IMG/VR virus record: IMGVR_UViG_3300031951_000074
Coordinates: 27,615-91,614 of that record
Reading direction: 5' to 3' (one strand)
Source of the DNA: a virus
Lineage: Duplodnaviria > Caudoviricetes
DNA: 64,000 nucleotides
The notes beneath the pieces were generated by a model, which made no database searches, was not told the origin of the DNA, and was given only the letters and a program-made list of their open reading frames with translations. Shown one piece after another: positions 28,023-37,219 of this stretch. Made by a program: the position numbers and the translations under genes. Every line of letters starts with the position of its first letter. The stretch's first letter is position 1.

Positions 28023-28588
28023 TGCTTTCCAGTACTGCCAAATCCGCCAGCACCACGAGCTGTGTTATTCCATTGTTCTTCTGTGGAATAATTGTCTACT
28101 TTTATCATTGCGTAAGGAACAGGCATTACAACCAACTGTACTACGCGCTCATTTTTGGGAATTATTACTCCATTTTCAAATTCGCCCACGTACATCAAGC
28201 TGGCCAAGATCTCTCCTCGATAATCAGAGTCGATTACGCCAACAGAATTGGTCATAACAATGTTATTTTTGCTCAGTGAACTGCGAGGAAATAACAGTCC
28301 TACATGATTTTCTGGAATAATTGCTCTGACCCCAGTACCTACCAGTGTGCGCTTGTTTGGCTTTAAAACAACTTCCTCTTTAGACCTTAAATCAAACCCA
28401 GCACTTCCGTTTGTGCCTTTTTGAGGAATCAAGTCTCCGTGTTCTACCTTTACCACTAGTGGCATATACGGCTTTGTAACTCTCACACTAGTACCACCAT
28501 CTGCACAACCACTGTAGTAGTAGGTGTCTTCGTTTGTGTATTTAAACACTCCTCCAGTTACATCACCAAATTTAAAATGTTCAACCAT
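28019..28588 (-). CDS. dut: dUTPase (trimeric)
   Basis: 'SAGFDL', 'PRSSL', 'GVIDSDYRGE', 'RGAGGFGSTG'. Confidence 0.95.
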   Translation of the reverse strand: MVEHFKFGDVTGGVFKYTNEDTYYYSGCADGGTSVRVTKPYMPLVVKVEHGDLIPQKGTNGSAGFDLRSKEEVVLKPNKRTLVGTGVRAIIPENHVGLLFPRSSLSKNNIVMTNSVGVIDSDYRGEILASLMYVGEFENGVIIPKNERVVQLVVMPVPYAMIKVDNYSTEEQWNNTARGAGGFGSTGKQ

Positions 28589-29429
28589 TGCTTTTTAATA
28601 CCTCTTTAATAGTGTTGCAGTTTGTTTCGCCTAATGCTTCGTCGCAAAATTCCAACAAATCCATTAGTTTATAGTTGTTTAGTAGTTGCGCGGCCCCAAA
28701 ATCGTTAAGATTACTGATATACTTATAACGACTGCTAATGGGCATATTAGCAATAATATCGTAACAAGTTCCGTACTCTTTAACAAGAGCCTGTGCTTTC
28801 TTAGGACCAATGCCAACAACACCAGGAATGTTGTCACCAGCATCACCCATAAGACACTTGATAGAGATATGGTCATCTGGATCGTAGTCATAGTGAGTAC
28901 TCCAGTTATCCCAAGTGACCTCTTTACGTGTTACGTAAGAGAACCTCATTACATCAGGTCTAATCAACAAATCCCAGTCTTTATCGCTAGAGATCAAAAC
29001 AATATTTTTGAATCCAAACTGCTTTTTGTGTTTTACAACATAAGCAGCAATATCGTCGGCTTCACACTTGTCAAACCTAAAAACAGGATATTTGTTTTTG
29101 TTTTGATAGTCTTCTATTGTTCTGTTGAACTCGTTAAAGAACATTTCAAACGCTTTGCGTTCTTCTTCGGTTTGAGTTTCAAACTTGTCTTTGCGATTTT
29201 GCTTGTAGGTTGGTAGTAGATTCTTTCTGTAGCTGCTGCTACCACTATCACAAGCCAAGATTACTTTGGATGCTTTGTAAGACCTTTTTAGACTTTCTAC
29301 TGTTTTTTGATATTCGTCTAGAAACTCAGCTGCTCCGCTGTGCTTCCAACGAAATCCCAAATTTAAGCAGTCTACAATCATTACCGTAGATTCTGCTTCT
29401 TGTGTTAGATTGTTAAATGTTTTGCTCAT
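28581..29429 (-). CDS. D15: Flap endonuclease / 5'-3' exonuclease (T5 D15-like)
   Basis: 'YKQNR', 'EADD', 'SSDKDW', 'GDAGDNIPGV.GIGPK'. Confidence 0.9.
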   Translation of the reverse strand: MSKTFNNLTQEAESTVMIVDCLNLGFRWKHSGAAEFLDEYQKTVESLKRSYKASKVILACDSGSSSYRKNLLPTYKQNRKDKFETQTEEERKAFEMFFNEFNRTIEDYQNKNKYPVFRFDKCEADDIAAYVVKHKKQFGFKNIVLISSDKDWDLLIRPDVMRFSYVTRKEVTWDNWSTHYDYDPDDHISIKCLMGDAGDNIPGVVGIGPKKAQALVKEYGTCYDIIANMPISSRYKYISNLNDFGAAQLLNNYKLMDLLEFCDEALGETNCNTIKEVLKSNG

Positions 29430-29435
29430 TTATAA

Positions 29436-29464
29436 ATTATATACTATTGTGATGTTTTTATCAA
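29436..29464 (-). promoter_or_regulatory. Sigma70-type promoter TTGATA-N17-TATAAT
   Basis: Directly upstream of the D15-like gene. Confidence 0.7.
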
Positions 29465-29913
29465 GTCACAAATTTGGGATTTGTGTGGGTTATCCAGTCT
29501 TCTAGTATCGACACAAAAAACTGATGCGGATCTCTGGAAATATAAACAAAGTTATAGTCCACATCAGGAAAGTCCTCAAATCCAACAAAGATTTTGCTGC
29601 GATCGTGTTTGAATAACAGCAGTGGCTTTTTATTTACTTGAACGGCCTGTCTAACAGCTTGAGACCACCAATCAATTATAGTAGGATTTTTACTTGTTAG
29701 TATTTCCGACGTCAAATGATCTTCTTTGTAGTGTTTGCATTCTACACAGAATACGTTGGTAACTCCAGGCACGTACAGATCTCCCTTTAATAGGTGTTTA
29801 GGATCTAGTGCCCCGCTGCCTGGAGTTCTTTGCCAGCCCAAGCCCGTTAGGGCTTTGAGCTTGTCTTTTATTAGTGTTTCTGCTCTTGAACCTTTGTCTC
29901 TGCTGTCAACCAT
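29461..29913 (-). CDS. D14: Holliday junction resolvase-like endonuclease (T5 D14-like)
   Basis: 'SRDKG.RAE', 'R.PGSGA', 'KGD', 'VECK' PD-(D/E)xK motif; T5 synteny. Confidence 0.85.
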   Translation of the reverse strand: MVDSRDKGSRAETLIKDKLKALTGLGWQRTPGSGALDPKHLLKGDLYVPGVTNVFCVECKHYKEDHLTSEILTSKNPTIIDWWSQAVRQAVQVNKKPLLLFKHDRSKIFVGFEDFPDVDYNFVYISRDPHQFFVSILEDWITHTNPKFVT

Positions 29914-31705
29914 TCTCTATCCTTGATATATTCTTTGTTTTTACAACATGAATCTTTTCTAACAAAGGATGAGAAAATCCGTGAGAGATAATAAAAGTGT
30001 TCAAGTAAGGTTCTTGTAACAACACTTCTATTAGCTTTTCTTTGCCTTCTAGGTCTAGATTCTCAATTGTTTCATCTAAAATCAACACATTGATTCGTGT
30101 ATTGCTAATACCCTGCATTAATTTGCGAATTCCCAACAGTGCAGCTGCATTTACTCGTGCACGCTCACCACTGCTCAGTGCAGTCATTTCTATGTCTTTG
30201 CCGTTGTCTGTTACTACAACGTTCAATTTGTCACTGTCATTGATTTTAAAACTGAGCTGAAACCTTCCATCACTCAATGTACTCAAGTAACGGTTGATTA
30301 AATCTTCTAAGTCTTTTACCAAACACTCTATCTTGTACGCAATCAATCCAGTACTGCTAAAAGTTTTTGTCAAAACGCCGATTTTGGAGATTTTATCTTC
30401 TAACAGCTTTTTGGACTCAAACAGTTCTAACAACTCTTTGTTGTGGTCTACCAATTGTTCTTTTATCAACACCACTCTTGCATTGTGAGCCAATACTTCG
30501 TTGTTTGTTTTTGTGGCTGCTGCAATAGAGGCTTCAATATCTTTTATTTTGATACTATTGACAGCTATTTCTTTTTCTAGTTCTTTTTGATCTGTTGTTG
30601 TCTTTTCCATTGTTGGATCGTACAGATTGTAGTATTCTTCATACTGCTTTTTAGAACGCTCTTTACGTTCCCATTCTGAAACGTCCTTGTAAAAACTAGA
30701 AATAACTTCTTCAAGCATCTTGGACTTGCTTAGTCCGGCCTCACAGATTTCATTGTGTTCTTGTACCAGTTCGTTGATCTTGGTCTGATCAATCTTCTGC
30801 AAACAGGTAGGACAAGAAGACCCTAACCTGTTCATTTTTAGTATAAAAGCAGAACTGTCTTTTACTGCTTTGTCGTGTTCTGCTTTTTCAGTAATCAGTG
30901 TGTTGACTAGTAGCTTCGGCTTTTCACCCGGTAGTTCAACAATTATGGAATCTAATAACTCTTTGTATTTGTTGTTTTGAATTACACGCTTGTTGAGCTT
31001 TTCTAAGTTTCTCAGCCTGTCCAACAATACAGCATTCTTTTCTTCCAAGTCTTTTGGGTAATTCAACACCTCTACTAACGCTTTTTGTTCTTGTGGCTCT
31101 TTGGAGTACTTTTTGATCAAACTATCTGTTGTGTTTATTTTGGTGTTTATAACAGCCAGGTTCTTGTCTAGAGTTTTTAATTCTTCCTTAAAGTACTCAC
31201 CAATCTCAACGTACTTGTTCAAATTCAACAAATCAATCAAAAACTTTTTGCGGTTTGTGTCAGTTGCTGTTAGAAACTCTAAACTTGCAGCACTGCTTTG
31301 GTATACAATCTGACAAAACGTTTTGTGATCGTACCCTATCAAACCCTCTATTGCTTTAAATGTGGCCGTTGCAGTGTGGCTGGAAATGTCTGTGTTGTCT
31401 TTTAGTAGCACAACTGTTTGAGTAGCACCTCTAACAGTTTTTATGTTGTAAACACTGTTGTCTTTTTCAAACTCCAATTCAATAGAGTACGTCTTTGCTT
31501 TGGAGTTGCGGTTTAAGATATCGGCTTTTTTAATGTTTTTGCTGTTTTTGTTGTACAACACTTCTTCCAATATAAGTGCTATACTACTCTTGCCGTGGCC
31601 GTTAAATCCTACAATCTGCGTTAAGGGACTGCTATCAAAATTAATATAGTTGTTTTCTCCATAAGAAAAAACATTGCTCCAACTCATCTTTTTTAGTTTA
31701 ATCAT
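29906..31705 (-). CDS. D13: SbcC/Rad50-like recombination ATPase (T5 D13-like)
   Basis: 'GFNGHGKSS', CPTC zinc hook, 'LSSGE', 'LILDE'. Confidence 0.9.
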   Translation of the reverse strand: MIKLKKMSWSNVFSYGENNYINFDSSPLTQIVGFNGHGKSSIALILEEVLYNKNSKNIKKADILNRNSKAKTYSIELEFEKDNSVYNIKTVRGATQTVVLLKDNTDISSHTATATFKAIEGLIGYDHKTFCQIVYQSSAASLEFLTATDTNRKKFLIDLLNLNKYVEIGEYFKEELKTLDKNLAVINTKINTTDSLIKKYSKEPQEQKALVEVLNYPKDLEEKNAVLLDRLRNLEKLNKRVIQNNKYKELLDSIIVELPGEKPKLLVNTLITEKAEHDKAVKDSSAFILKMNRLGSSCPTCLQKIDQTKINELVQEHNEICEAGLSKSKMLEEVISSFYKDVSEWERKERSKKQYEEYYNLYDPTMEKTTTDQKELEKEIAVNSIKIKDIEASIAAATKTNNEVLAHNARVVLIKEQLVDHNKELLELFESKKLLEDKISKIGVLTKTFSSTGLIAYKIECLVKDLEDLINRYLSTLSDGRFQLSFKINDSDKLNVVVTDNGKDIEMTALSSGERARVNAAALLGIRKLMQGISNTRINVLILDETIENLDLEGKEKLIEVLLQEPYLNTFIISHGFSHPLLEKIHVVKTKNISRIENG

Positions 31706-31950
31706 TTTTTATTCATAAAGTAAAGTTCTAGCCCTCCAAGACCACCAACGTGTTCGCCTTCAACAAAAATCTGTGGCACACTTCGTGCATTGGGTAATAC
31801 CTCAAACAGATCTTTTTTAGTCCAGGTGCCTTCGCCTATCAGTCTGTAGTCTACCACATAGTCCATGCTTTCTAGTATTGCTTTTGCTTTTTTGCACGCA
31901 ACACAGTTTGTTTGACCCCAAACTACAGCAGTTTTACCACTTTGATTCAT
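31702..31950 (-). CDS. Glutaredoxin
   Basis: CVAC motif, 'SVPQIF', 'VGG'. Confidence 0.88.
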   Translation of the reverse strand: MNQSGKTAVVWGQTNCVACKKAKAILESMDYVVDYRLIGEGTWTKKDLFEVLPNARSVPQIFVEGEHVGGLGGLELYFMNKK

Positions 31951-32899
31951 GATTTTTAAACTCCTCTATTACAGAACCCACAACTTCTTCGTTTAATCCA
32001 AGTGCGTATGTTAAGTACTCCTCTACTTCTTGTTGCAGTGTCATATTGGAGTCTAAAATAAGTGTTAGGTCATTTACTGTTTTTACTAATTTTTTGTCTA
32101 CGAGTTCGCTGTCTTCTATGTTTATCAACTCAGAAAGATTGCCTTCTACCTCATAAACAACATGATCAAAAGTACCTGGCGTCATTTCTTCACCAGCCTT
32201 GACCGTTTTACGAATTAATTGAGGTAGGTTTAATTTGTGCCAAGTATGGGTCAAGTCATCAGTGTCTAACACTACTACACCAGTTTCTATGGTATTACGG
32301 TGAAAGCTTGTAGAAAGTGGACTACCGGGATAGACAATATTACGCTGACTATTGCTATAACTGTGTAGATCGCCGGCAAGAACCACCTGCCATCTGGAGA
32401 AAATATCGAGATCAACTTCTGCTTTAACATGGGGCGGAATATCTCCTCTGACATGGGTACATAAAATCTTGTTGTGTAGGCTGTGAAAAGCGTTGTCTTG
32501 CTCTTTTTCGTATTCCTTTAACTTGTTGTAAGGAATAATATCGATTGGTAGAACTGGATGTGACCAGTAGTCGTCTACGACTGTCACTAATTTATTGACT
32601 TTGTTTGTGACCGCTTTTAGGCTGGTCAAAAATGTTGTGTTCTTTTTAACAGCTTCGTGATTTCCGCTGTAGATAAAAGTAGGAATCTTGCAACTGGCGA
32701 CAAAATTAAAGTAGATTTCTAACTCGTCCATGTTGGGTAGTTTGTCGAACACATCACCACCGACAACGAACAAGTCACAACCTTCTTGCAAGTCCCATAG
32801 CTGATCCAACAACATTTCGTAGCGGTTTAGGGTCCAGGTTGTGGGAACATTCTTTTGACCGATCTTTATGTGTATGTCTGCTGTGAATAGTAATTTCAT
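31934..32899 (-). CDS. D12: SbcD/Mre11-like recombination nuclease (T5 D12-like)
   Basis: 'ADIH', 'GGDVFD', 'GNHE', 'GDLH', 'YPGSP'. Confidence 0.9.
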   Translation of the reverse strand: MKLLFTADIHIKIGQKNVPTTWTLNRYEMLLDQLWDLQEGCDLFVVGGDVFDKLPNMDELEIYFNFVASCKIPTFIYSGNHEAVKKNTTFLTSLKAVTNKVNKLVTVVDDYWSHPVLPIDIIPYNKLKEYEKEQDNAFHSLHNKILCTHVRGDIPPHVKAEVDLDIFSRWQVVLAGDLHSYSNSQRNIVYPGSPLSTSFHRNTIETGVVVLDTDDLTHTWHKLNLPQLIRKTVKAGEEMTPGTFDHVVYEVEGNLSELINIEDSELVDKKLVKTVNDLTLILDSNMTLQQEVEEYLTYALGLNEEVVGSVIEEFKNHESKW

Positions 32900-32911
32900 G
32901 GTTTTTATAGT

Positions 32912-32949
32912 AAAAGAAGCCCCTAGGCTTTAGGCTTAGGGGCTTCTTT
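32912..32949 (-). terminator. Rho-independent terminator after the ssb-like gene
   Basis: AAGAAGCCCCTA/TAGGGGCTTCTT stem. Confidence 0.8.
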
Positions 32950-32951
32950 GT

Positions 32952-33587
32952 TTATAGATCTTTGACTGATTCTTTGTCTACTGTTGCAGGAACTTCTTCG
33001 TCTACACCACTAGCAAACTTTTCTAGAAGTGCTAGTACGTCGTCGGGTGTTGGACGGGGGTACTTTGTGTCAATGCTTTCCGCTGCGTCCGCAACAGCCT
33101 GTTCGTCCTTTGATAGAGCCCTGCGCTTGCACTTCAAAACTGCAAGAGTGTATTCTACATTGAAAGGTAGAGGGCCAGTCTTTTGACGCTTGAACACTAC
33201 GTCCCAACCAGTATCGTAATCAGTAGGATCGCCCAGGTCTTCTGCAGCAGTTAGGATCTGCTCAAACAGCTTCTTTTTAAGGTTCAATACCTTGACCTTG
33301 CCGTCCTTTGGATCAATACAGTTGATGCTGTAAGACCAAGAGCACTTGGCTTCTGGATAAAACGTTGGTACGTGATCTGTTTCTTTGTTTGTAAACTTTT
33401 CTTTGTCACGATCAAAAGCCAGGCATTCTACGGGAATATCTTTGTTGTTGCTTCCCTTTAGCCAGTAAACATACCGTGGCAGTACTCCGCCAACTAGTCG
33501 TACTACATTCTCGCCATCTTTGTACTCGTATGCTTCTACTGACTTCTTTACTGCCTTGCCCTTTGTTTCGTTAAACTTTAGTGCCAT
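32952..33587 (-). CDS. D11: Single-stranded DNA-binding protein (T5 D11-like)
   Basis: 'GENVVRL', 'PRYVYW', 'LKKKLFEQI', 'DPTD.DTGWD'; acidic tail; T5 synteny. Confidence 0.8.
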   Translation of the reverse strand: MALKFNETKGKAVKKSVEAYEYKDGENVVRLVGGVLPRYVYWLKGSNNKDIPVECLAFDRDKEKFTNKETDHVPTFYPEAKCSWSYSINCIDPKDGKVKVLNLKKKLFEQILTAAEDLGDPTDYDTGWDVVFKRQKTGPLPFNVEYTLAVLKCKRRALSKDEQAVADAAESIDTKYPRPTPDDVLALLEKFASGVDEEVPATVDKESVKDL

Positions 33588-33969
33588 GATCTTCCTCGTG
33601 TTTAAACTTTATTTGTTTGTTGGTGATTGTTAGTAACGGATTGTTTTTTATGTTTTGTATATTTAAATCCGGAAAAAAACTTAAATCTAAGTATTTTATC
33701 TTGTATGTTCTATACAGTAACAGATCGCGACGTCCTGCTAGTTTAATGTATTGTACTATGTCTGAGAGTTTGCGATCTGTACTATATAAAACCGGATTCG
33801 GATTTAAAATAAAACTATTTCCTGCAAGTGACTTTGTTAGTGGCTTGTATTTTTCTTTCTTGGGTACTACTATTGTTTTTTCGTGATGATACTTTAACAG
33901 TTTTAAAAACTTTTCATCATTATTTTCAGCTTCTTGCTCTAGAAGACTCAAATTAAAAAATAAAGCCAT
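33571..33969 (-). CDS. Conserved T5-like hypothetical protein
   Basis: GAGG RBS before ATG 33969; 'G.SFILNP', 'QYI.LAGRR'. Confidence 0.65.
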   Translation of the reverse strand: MALFFNLSLLEQEAENNDEKFLKLLKYHHEKTIVVPKKEKYKPLTKSLAGNSFILNPNPVLYSTDRKLSDIVQYIKLAGRRDLLLYRTYKIKYLDLSFFPDLNIQNIKNNPLLTITNKQIKFKHEEDHGTKV

Positions 33970-33988
33970 ATTCGCCTCAAGAACAACT

Positions 33989-34017
33989 ATTATAGCACTT
34001 TGGCTATGTCGTTGCAA
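33989..34017 (-). promoter_or_regulatory. Sigma70-type promoter TTGCAA-N17-TATAAT
   Basis: 17-nt spacer, AAAATTT upstream. Confidence 0.75.
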
Positions 34018-34026
34018 GTGTAAATT

Positions 34027-34329
34027 TTAGTTAGGTTTGTTATTGTTGTTAATAACTGGTTTGTTGTAGTAATAGGTTAGTTTTTCCCATAGTTTTAATA
34101 AACCAGGAGTATAGAGATCTACTATTAATGCGAAAATATTTATTACAGGCATAAAAGAAGCAACAAGCCTTAACACTACGTCACCCCACGTGAGTTTGAC
34201 AACGTAGTAGTCTAAGTTATCTCTGCTTTTATCTCGCTTATAATCTTGGTAGGTTTTGTAAGTATATCCAATCAAACACAGTATTGTTGGTAAAACATAC
34301 ACTAGTATTATTAAATTAAAGTTGGTCAA
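34027..34329 (-). CDS. Hypothetical membrane protein
   Basis: 100 aa with two hydrophobic segments ('PVIN' motif). Confidence 0.55.
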   Translation of the reverse strand: MTNFNLIILVYVLPTILCLIGYTYKTYQDYKRDKSRDNLDYYVVKLTWGDVVLRLVASFMPVINIFALIVDLYTPGLLKLWEKLTYYYNKPVINNNNKPN

Positions 34330-35266
34330 TTTTCCATCCTTTGCTCAAGTAAAATCCCATCTTTATAGCCTGTTGTTTCTTTTCTGCAGGACTATTGAAA
34401 TGTAAATCAATGACTACGGGATCCTGTTTGTCTTCATGCATTCTCATTACTCGTCCAATGATCTGCTCTAAGTTTACTAGGTTAGAGCTTGGTACTGGCA
34501 GAATAACGCAACTCAAACGGTTGATTGAAATCCCTTCTGAGAATATCTGACGCGATCCAGCAATACACAACACTTTGCCGTTGTTGACTTTTTCTGCGAT
34601 TTGCTGTCGTTCTTCAAAAGAGGTTTTGCCTGTAACAAGCGCGCAATCTTCACCAAGTTTTTCCTTTAAATTTTCTAGAAATTCTACTCTATCAGCAATA
34701 ACTAAAACACTGTGCTTTTGAAGGATTTGTGCTCTAGCTACGCCAGCTACAAAGTTTTGATAGTCTTCGTCGTACAATAATTCGTTTATTTTTTCAACCC
34801 AAGTCTTTGAACTACTCAATCGTAGTCCTGTGTTCAGTATTTTAACTGTGGGGTTCAACGTATTGCTTTGTGGTGGACGAATTACTTTTGTTCCAAAAAA
34901 GTCTTTGAACAAAACGTGCTTTTTGTCTTTTCGTTCCATTGTCCCACTCAGTGCAATTCTATAACGAGAATACATAGAGTCTAAAAACTCGTGAAACGTT
35001 TCAGCTGGAACGTGGTGTGCTTCGTCTAGGATAATGGTTCCAAACTCTTTTTGAATTTGTGGAACCATTTTAATAGCAGTCTGAATGTTTGCTATAACAA
35101 TAAAATGATCTTCGATGTCAAACACACCGCTGCCAATGATGCCAGGCTTCATTCCAAATAGCTTTTCTACTTCTGTAGCCCACTGATCTCGTAGGAAAGT
35201 ATTGTGAGTTAAGACCAGTGTTTTTTGTTCTAGTTTTTTAGCAATGTGCAATGCAGTAAATGTTTT
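34316..35266 (-). CDS. D10: SF2 helicase (T5 D10-like), exon 2
   Basis: Begins AAA ACA TTT (KTFTALHIA), completing Walker A GWGKT; DEAH, 'LSGT', 'EQIIGRVMR' motifs. Confidence 0.88.
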   Translation of the reverse strand, partial: KTFTALHIAKKLEQKTLVLTHNTFLRDQWATEVEKLFGMKPGIIGSGVFDIEDHFIVIANIQTAIKMVPQIQKEFGTIILDEAHHVPAETFHEFLDSMYSRYRIALSGTMERKDKKHVLFKDFFGTKVIRPPQSNTLNPTVKILNTGLRLSSSKTWVEKINELLYDEDYQNFVAGVARAQILQKHSVLVIADRVEFLENLKEKLGEDCALVTGKTSFEERQQIAEKVNNGKVLCIAGSRQIFSEGISINRLSCVILPVPSSNLVNLEQIIGRVMRMHEDKQDPVVIDLHFNSPAEKKQQAIKMGFYLSKGWKIDQL

Positions 35267-36335
35267 CGTTTGTGGACTATACCTTTATCTTACTATTATA
35301 GAACTAAAGAAGCTGTATCGTATTTTCTATCTAATCTAGTTTTTTCTGTAGAGTTAGCGTATAAAAGACTTAGTATATCTTTACTATCGTCCAAATTAAA
35401 ACGTATAGTGTATACACTACCTTTTTTATTATTTTGCAACGTTATTTTTTGTGGAATAATTCTATTTATGAGAATACCACATAACTCTACATATTCTTCT
35501 AAGAAATTTCTATTTGCAGAACACAGATGGAGAGCTACTCTTTTAGAGGCACTTTTTTCTAAGTGCCCATCTCCGTCTATATAACCGCGCATAAATTCAA
35601 GAAATAGGTGTGGTTCTTCAAACTCAGGCATTTTATAAGTAAAAGTTTTTGCTTGAGTTATATTGAATTTACTCTCTAAATCTTTTACCATTTGTTCACT
35701 ATTAAATCTAATTCTAAATGCAGTATTATTCATAAAAGGACATATATCGTGCCCAGACTCTACCGCATTTTTAAATTTTTCTAGATGTTTATAGTCTTGC
35801 GCCTGTAGGGCCAACCCCACTCTGTTTCTTTCTTTCTCTATCCAACCATCGGCCGCTAAAAATCCGGCCCAGTAATATACTGCTTTTTCTTTACCTGAAA
35901 AATAGTACTCATTCAATGGTTTTTTCTTAGAATAGTCTAGACCCCAAGATTTCGTCCTATAATTAACCTGTCTTTCTGTCAGGTCAAAAATAGTTCCTAT
36001 TTCTGAGAAAGTCTTTCCTTGTTGTCTTAGATTTAAAAATTCTTCTTTAGTCATACTATGTACCCCATATGTGGTTTTGATACAAAGTAAGATATTCGCC
36101 GTGTTATACTACTATTAAATACCTTACCAAGGTATTTAATTTTACCCCATCCAACAAAAATCTTCAAGGATAATTTTTCGTATCCCAGTCCAGTTCCGTT
36201 CTGGAGCTGCTGTGAGTCTCTGAACCATTTGAAGGCATTCCTGCCAACTCTGGCTGCTGATTGTCCTGTTTAGGCTTTCCAGCAATTGAGCGAATTTATT
36301 ACTAATTAGTCGCCTAATTAGAGGGCAAAACATTT
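35267..36335 (-). mobile_element. Group I intron (1069 nt) in the D10 helicase gene
   Basis: 5' exon ends in U pairing with G in P1 (GGGU/GCCC); terminal G; P10 AAAUGUUUU pairs with the 3' exon AAAACAUUU; P (AAUUGCUGGAAA), Q (AAUCAGCAG), R (GUUCAGAGACU) and S (AAGGUAUAGUCC) elements in order; removal restores the frame. Confidence 0.92.
35296..36054 (-). CDS. Intron-encoded LAGLIDADG homing endonuclease
   Basis: Two motifs, 'YWAGFLAADG' and 'FMRGYIDGDG'; N-terminal HTH-like segment; lies between R and S. Confidence 0.9.
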   Translation of the reverse strand: MTKEEFLNLRQQGKTFSEIGTIFDLTERQVNYRTKSWGLDYSKKKPLNEYYFSGKEKAVYYWAGFLAADGWIEKERNRVGLALQAQDYKHLEKFKNAVESGHDICPFMNNTAFRIRFNSEQMVKDLESKFNITQAKTFTYKMPEFEEPHLFLEFMRGYIDGDGHLEKSASKRVALHLCSANRNFLEEYVELCGILINRIIPQKITLQNNKKGSVYTIRFNLDDSKDILSLLYANSTEKTRLDRKYDTASLVL

Positions 36336-36701
36336 ACCCCAGCCTACTAGGGCATTAATAAAGCAAGTGTCGTTTACTTCTTCGTATACAGGAGTTTGTG
36401 TGTCACGCAGTTCCAACAGTGTTTTAGGAAACGGAACTTCGTTTTTTACTCGCTTGTCTACTATTAAGTAGTCTTGTGGAATCAAGTCTGTTCGACCTTG
36501 TGGAATGCTGATTACGTCACCTGGTAGTAACTTGTAGTTTTTAATAATTTCTAGTCTTTTTGTTTTGCTAGTTTTTGCACTTCCGCCAATATTGTGTTCT
36601 ATTACATAAGTGAGTTCACTCATTATGAAATTTTTGTACTCGCGGTCTTTGCACTTAAAGTATATTCGATTGCTTATGATTGCTTTGTTTTGTTCTGTCA
36701 T
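36336..36701 (-). CDS. D10: SF2 helicase (T5 D10-like), exon 1
   Basis: 122 codons ending ...CFINALVGWG; spliced product 438 aa. Confidence 0.88.
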
Positions 36702-37219
36702 ACTGCTCTTACTGTGTCGTCGTACTTTTTATCGAACATTCCGTACAACACTGTGCCTTCTGGAAGAAGTAAAATTCCTGCCCATTTTTGGTCTTCGGTT
36801 GGCGCGTACAAAGTTTTAAATCTTGTTACCATGCCTTCTACTTCAATCAACACACCTGCACTGTGTTGTATTACTTTTTTTATCTTTTTGAACACCAGTG
36901 GCACACGTCTTGTCTTTTTATAGTTAAAGACCTTGCCATTGCTGTCTATAAACCAAGTGTTGCCTTTGCTTATCTTGATGAGATCGCCTACAAAATATAC
37001 CCCATATTTTATATTGTACAACATATCGCCAGACTTAAAAACTTGTAGCCTTCTTTCTGCAAGAGTGTTTCCCGGTTTGTTTTTGTCGTCAATGATCTTT
37101 ATTATGTTGACGTCGTCTTCCAGGTTCTTTTTTCTGTACAAAAAGAAGGTTACGTTGTTTTCAGTAATGGGTTCTTTACCTAACAGATATGCCGGAAAAG
37201 CTATATCTGCTAAATTCAT
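36698..37219 (-). CDS. Conserved T5-like hypothetical protein between pol and D10
   Basis: 173 aa; 'IIDDKN.PG.TL..RRL', 'FIDSNG'; synteny. Confidence 0.7.
   Translation of the reverse strand: MNLADIAFPAYLLGKEPITENNVTFFLYRKKNLEDDVNIIKIIDDKNKPGNTLAERRLQVFKSGDMLYNIKYGVYFVGDLIKISKGNTWFIDSNGKVFNYKKTRRVPLVFKKIKKVIQHSAGVLIEVEGMVTRFKTLYAPTEDQKWAGILLLPEGTVLYGMFDKKYDDTVRAV

Noticed and set aside
36318-36335. Intein at the helicase P-loop (exon 1 reads on as GK-CFAL, like an intein N-terminus)
   Set aside because: A stop follows after CFAL, there is no HN/HQ C-terminus, and these bases are explained as the group I internal guide sequence (P1/P10)
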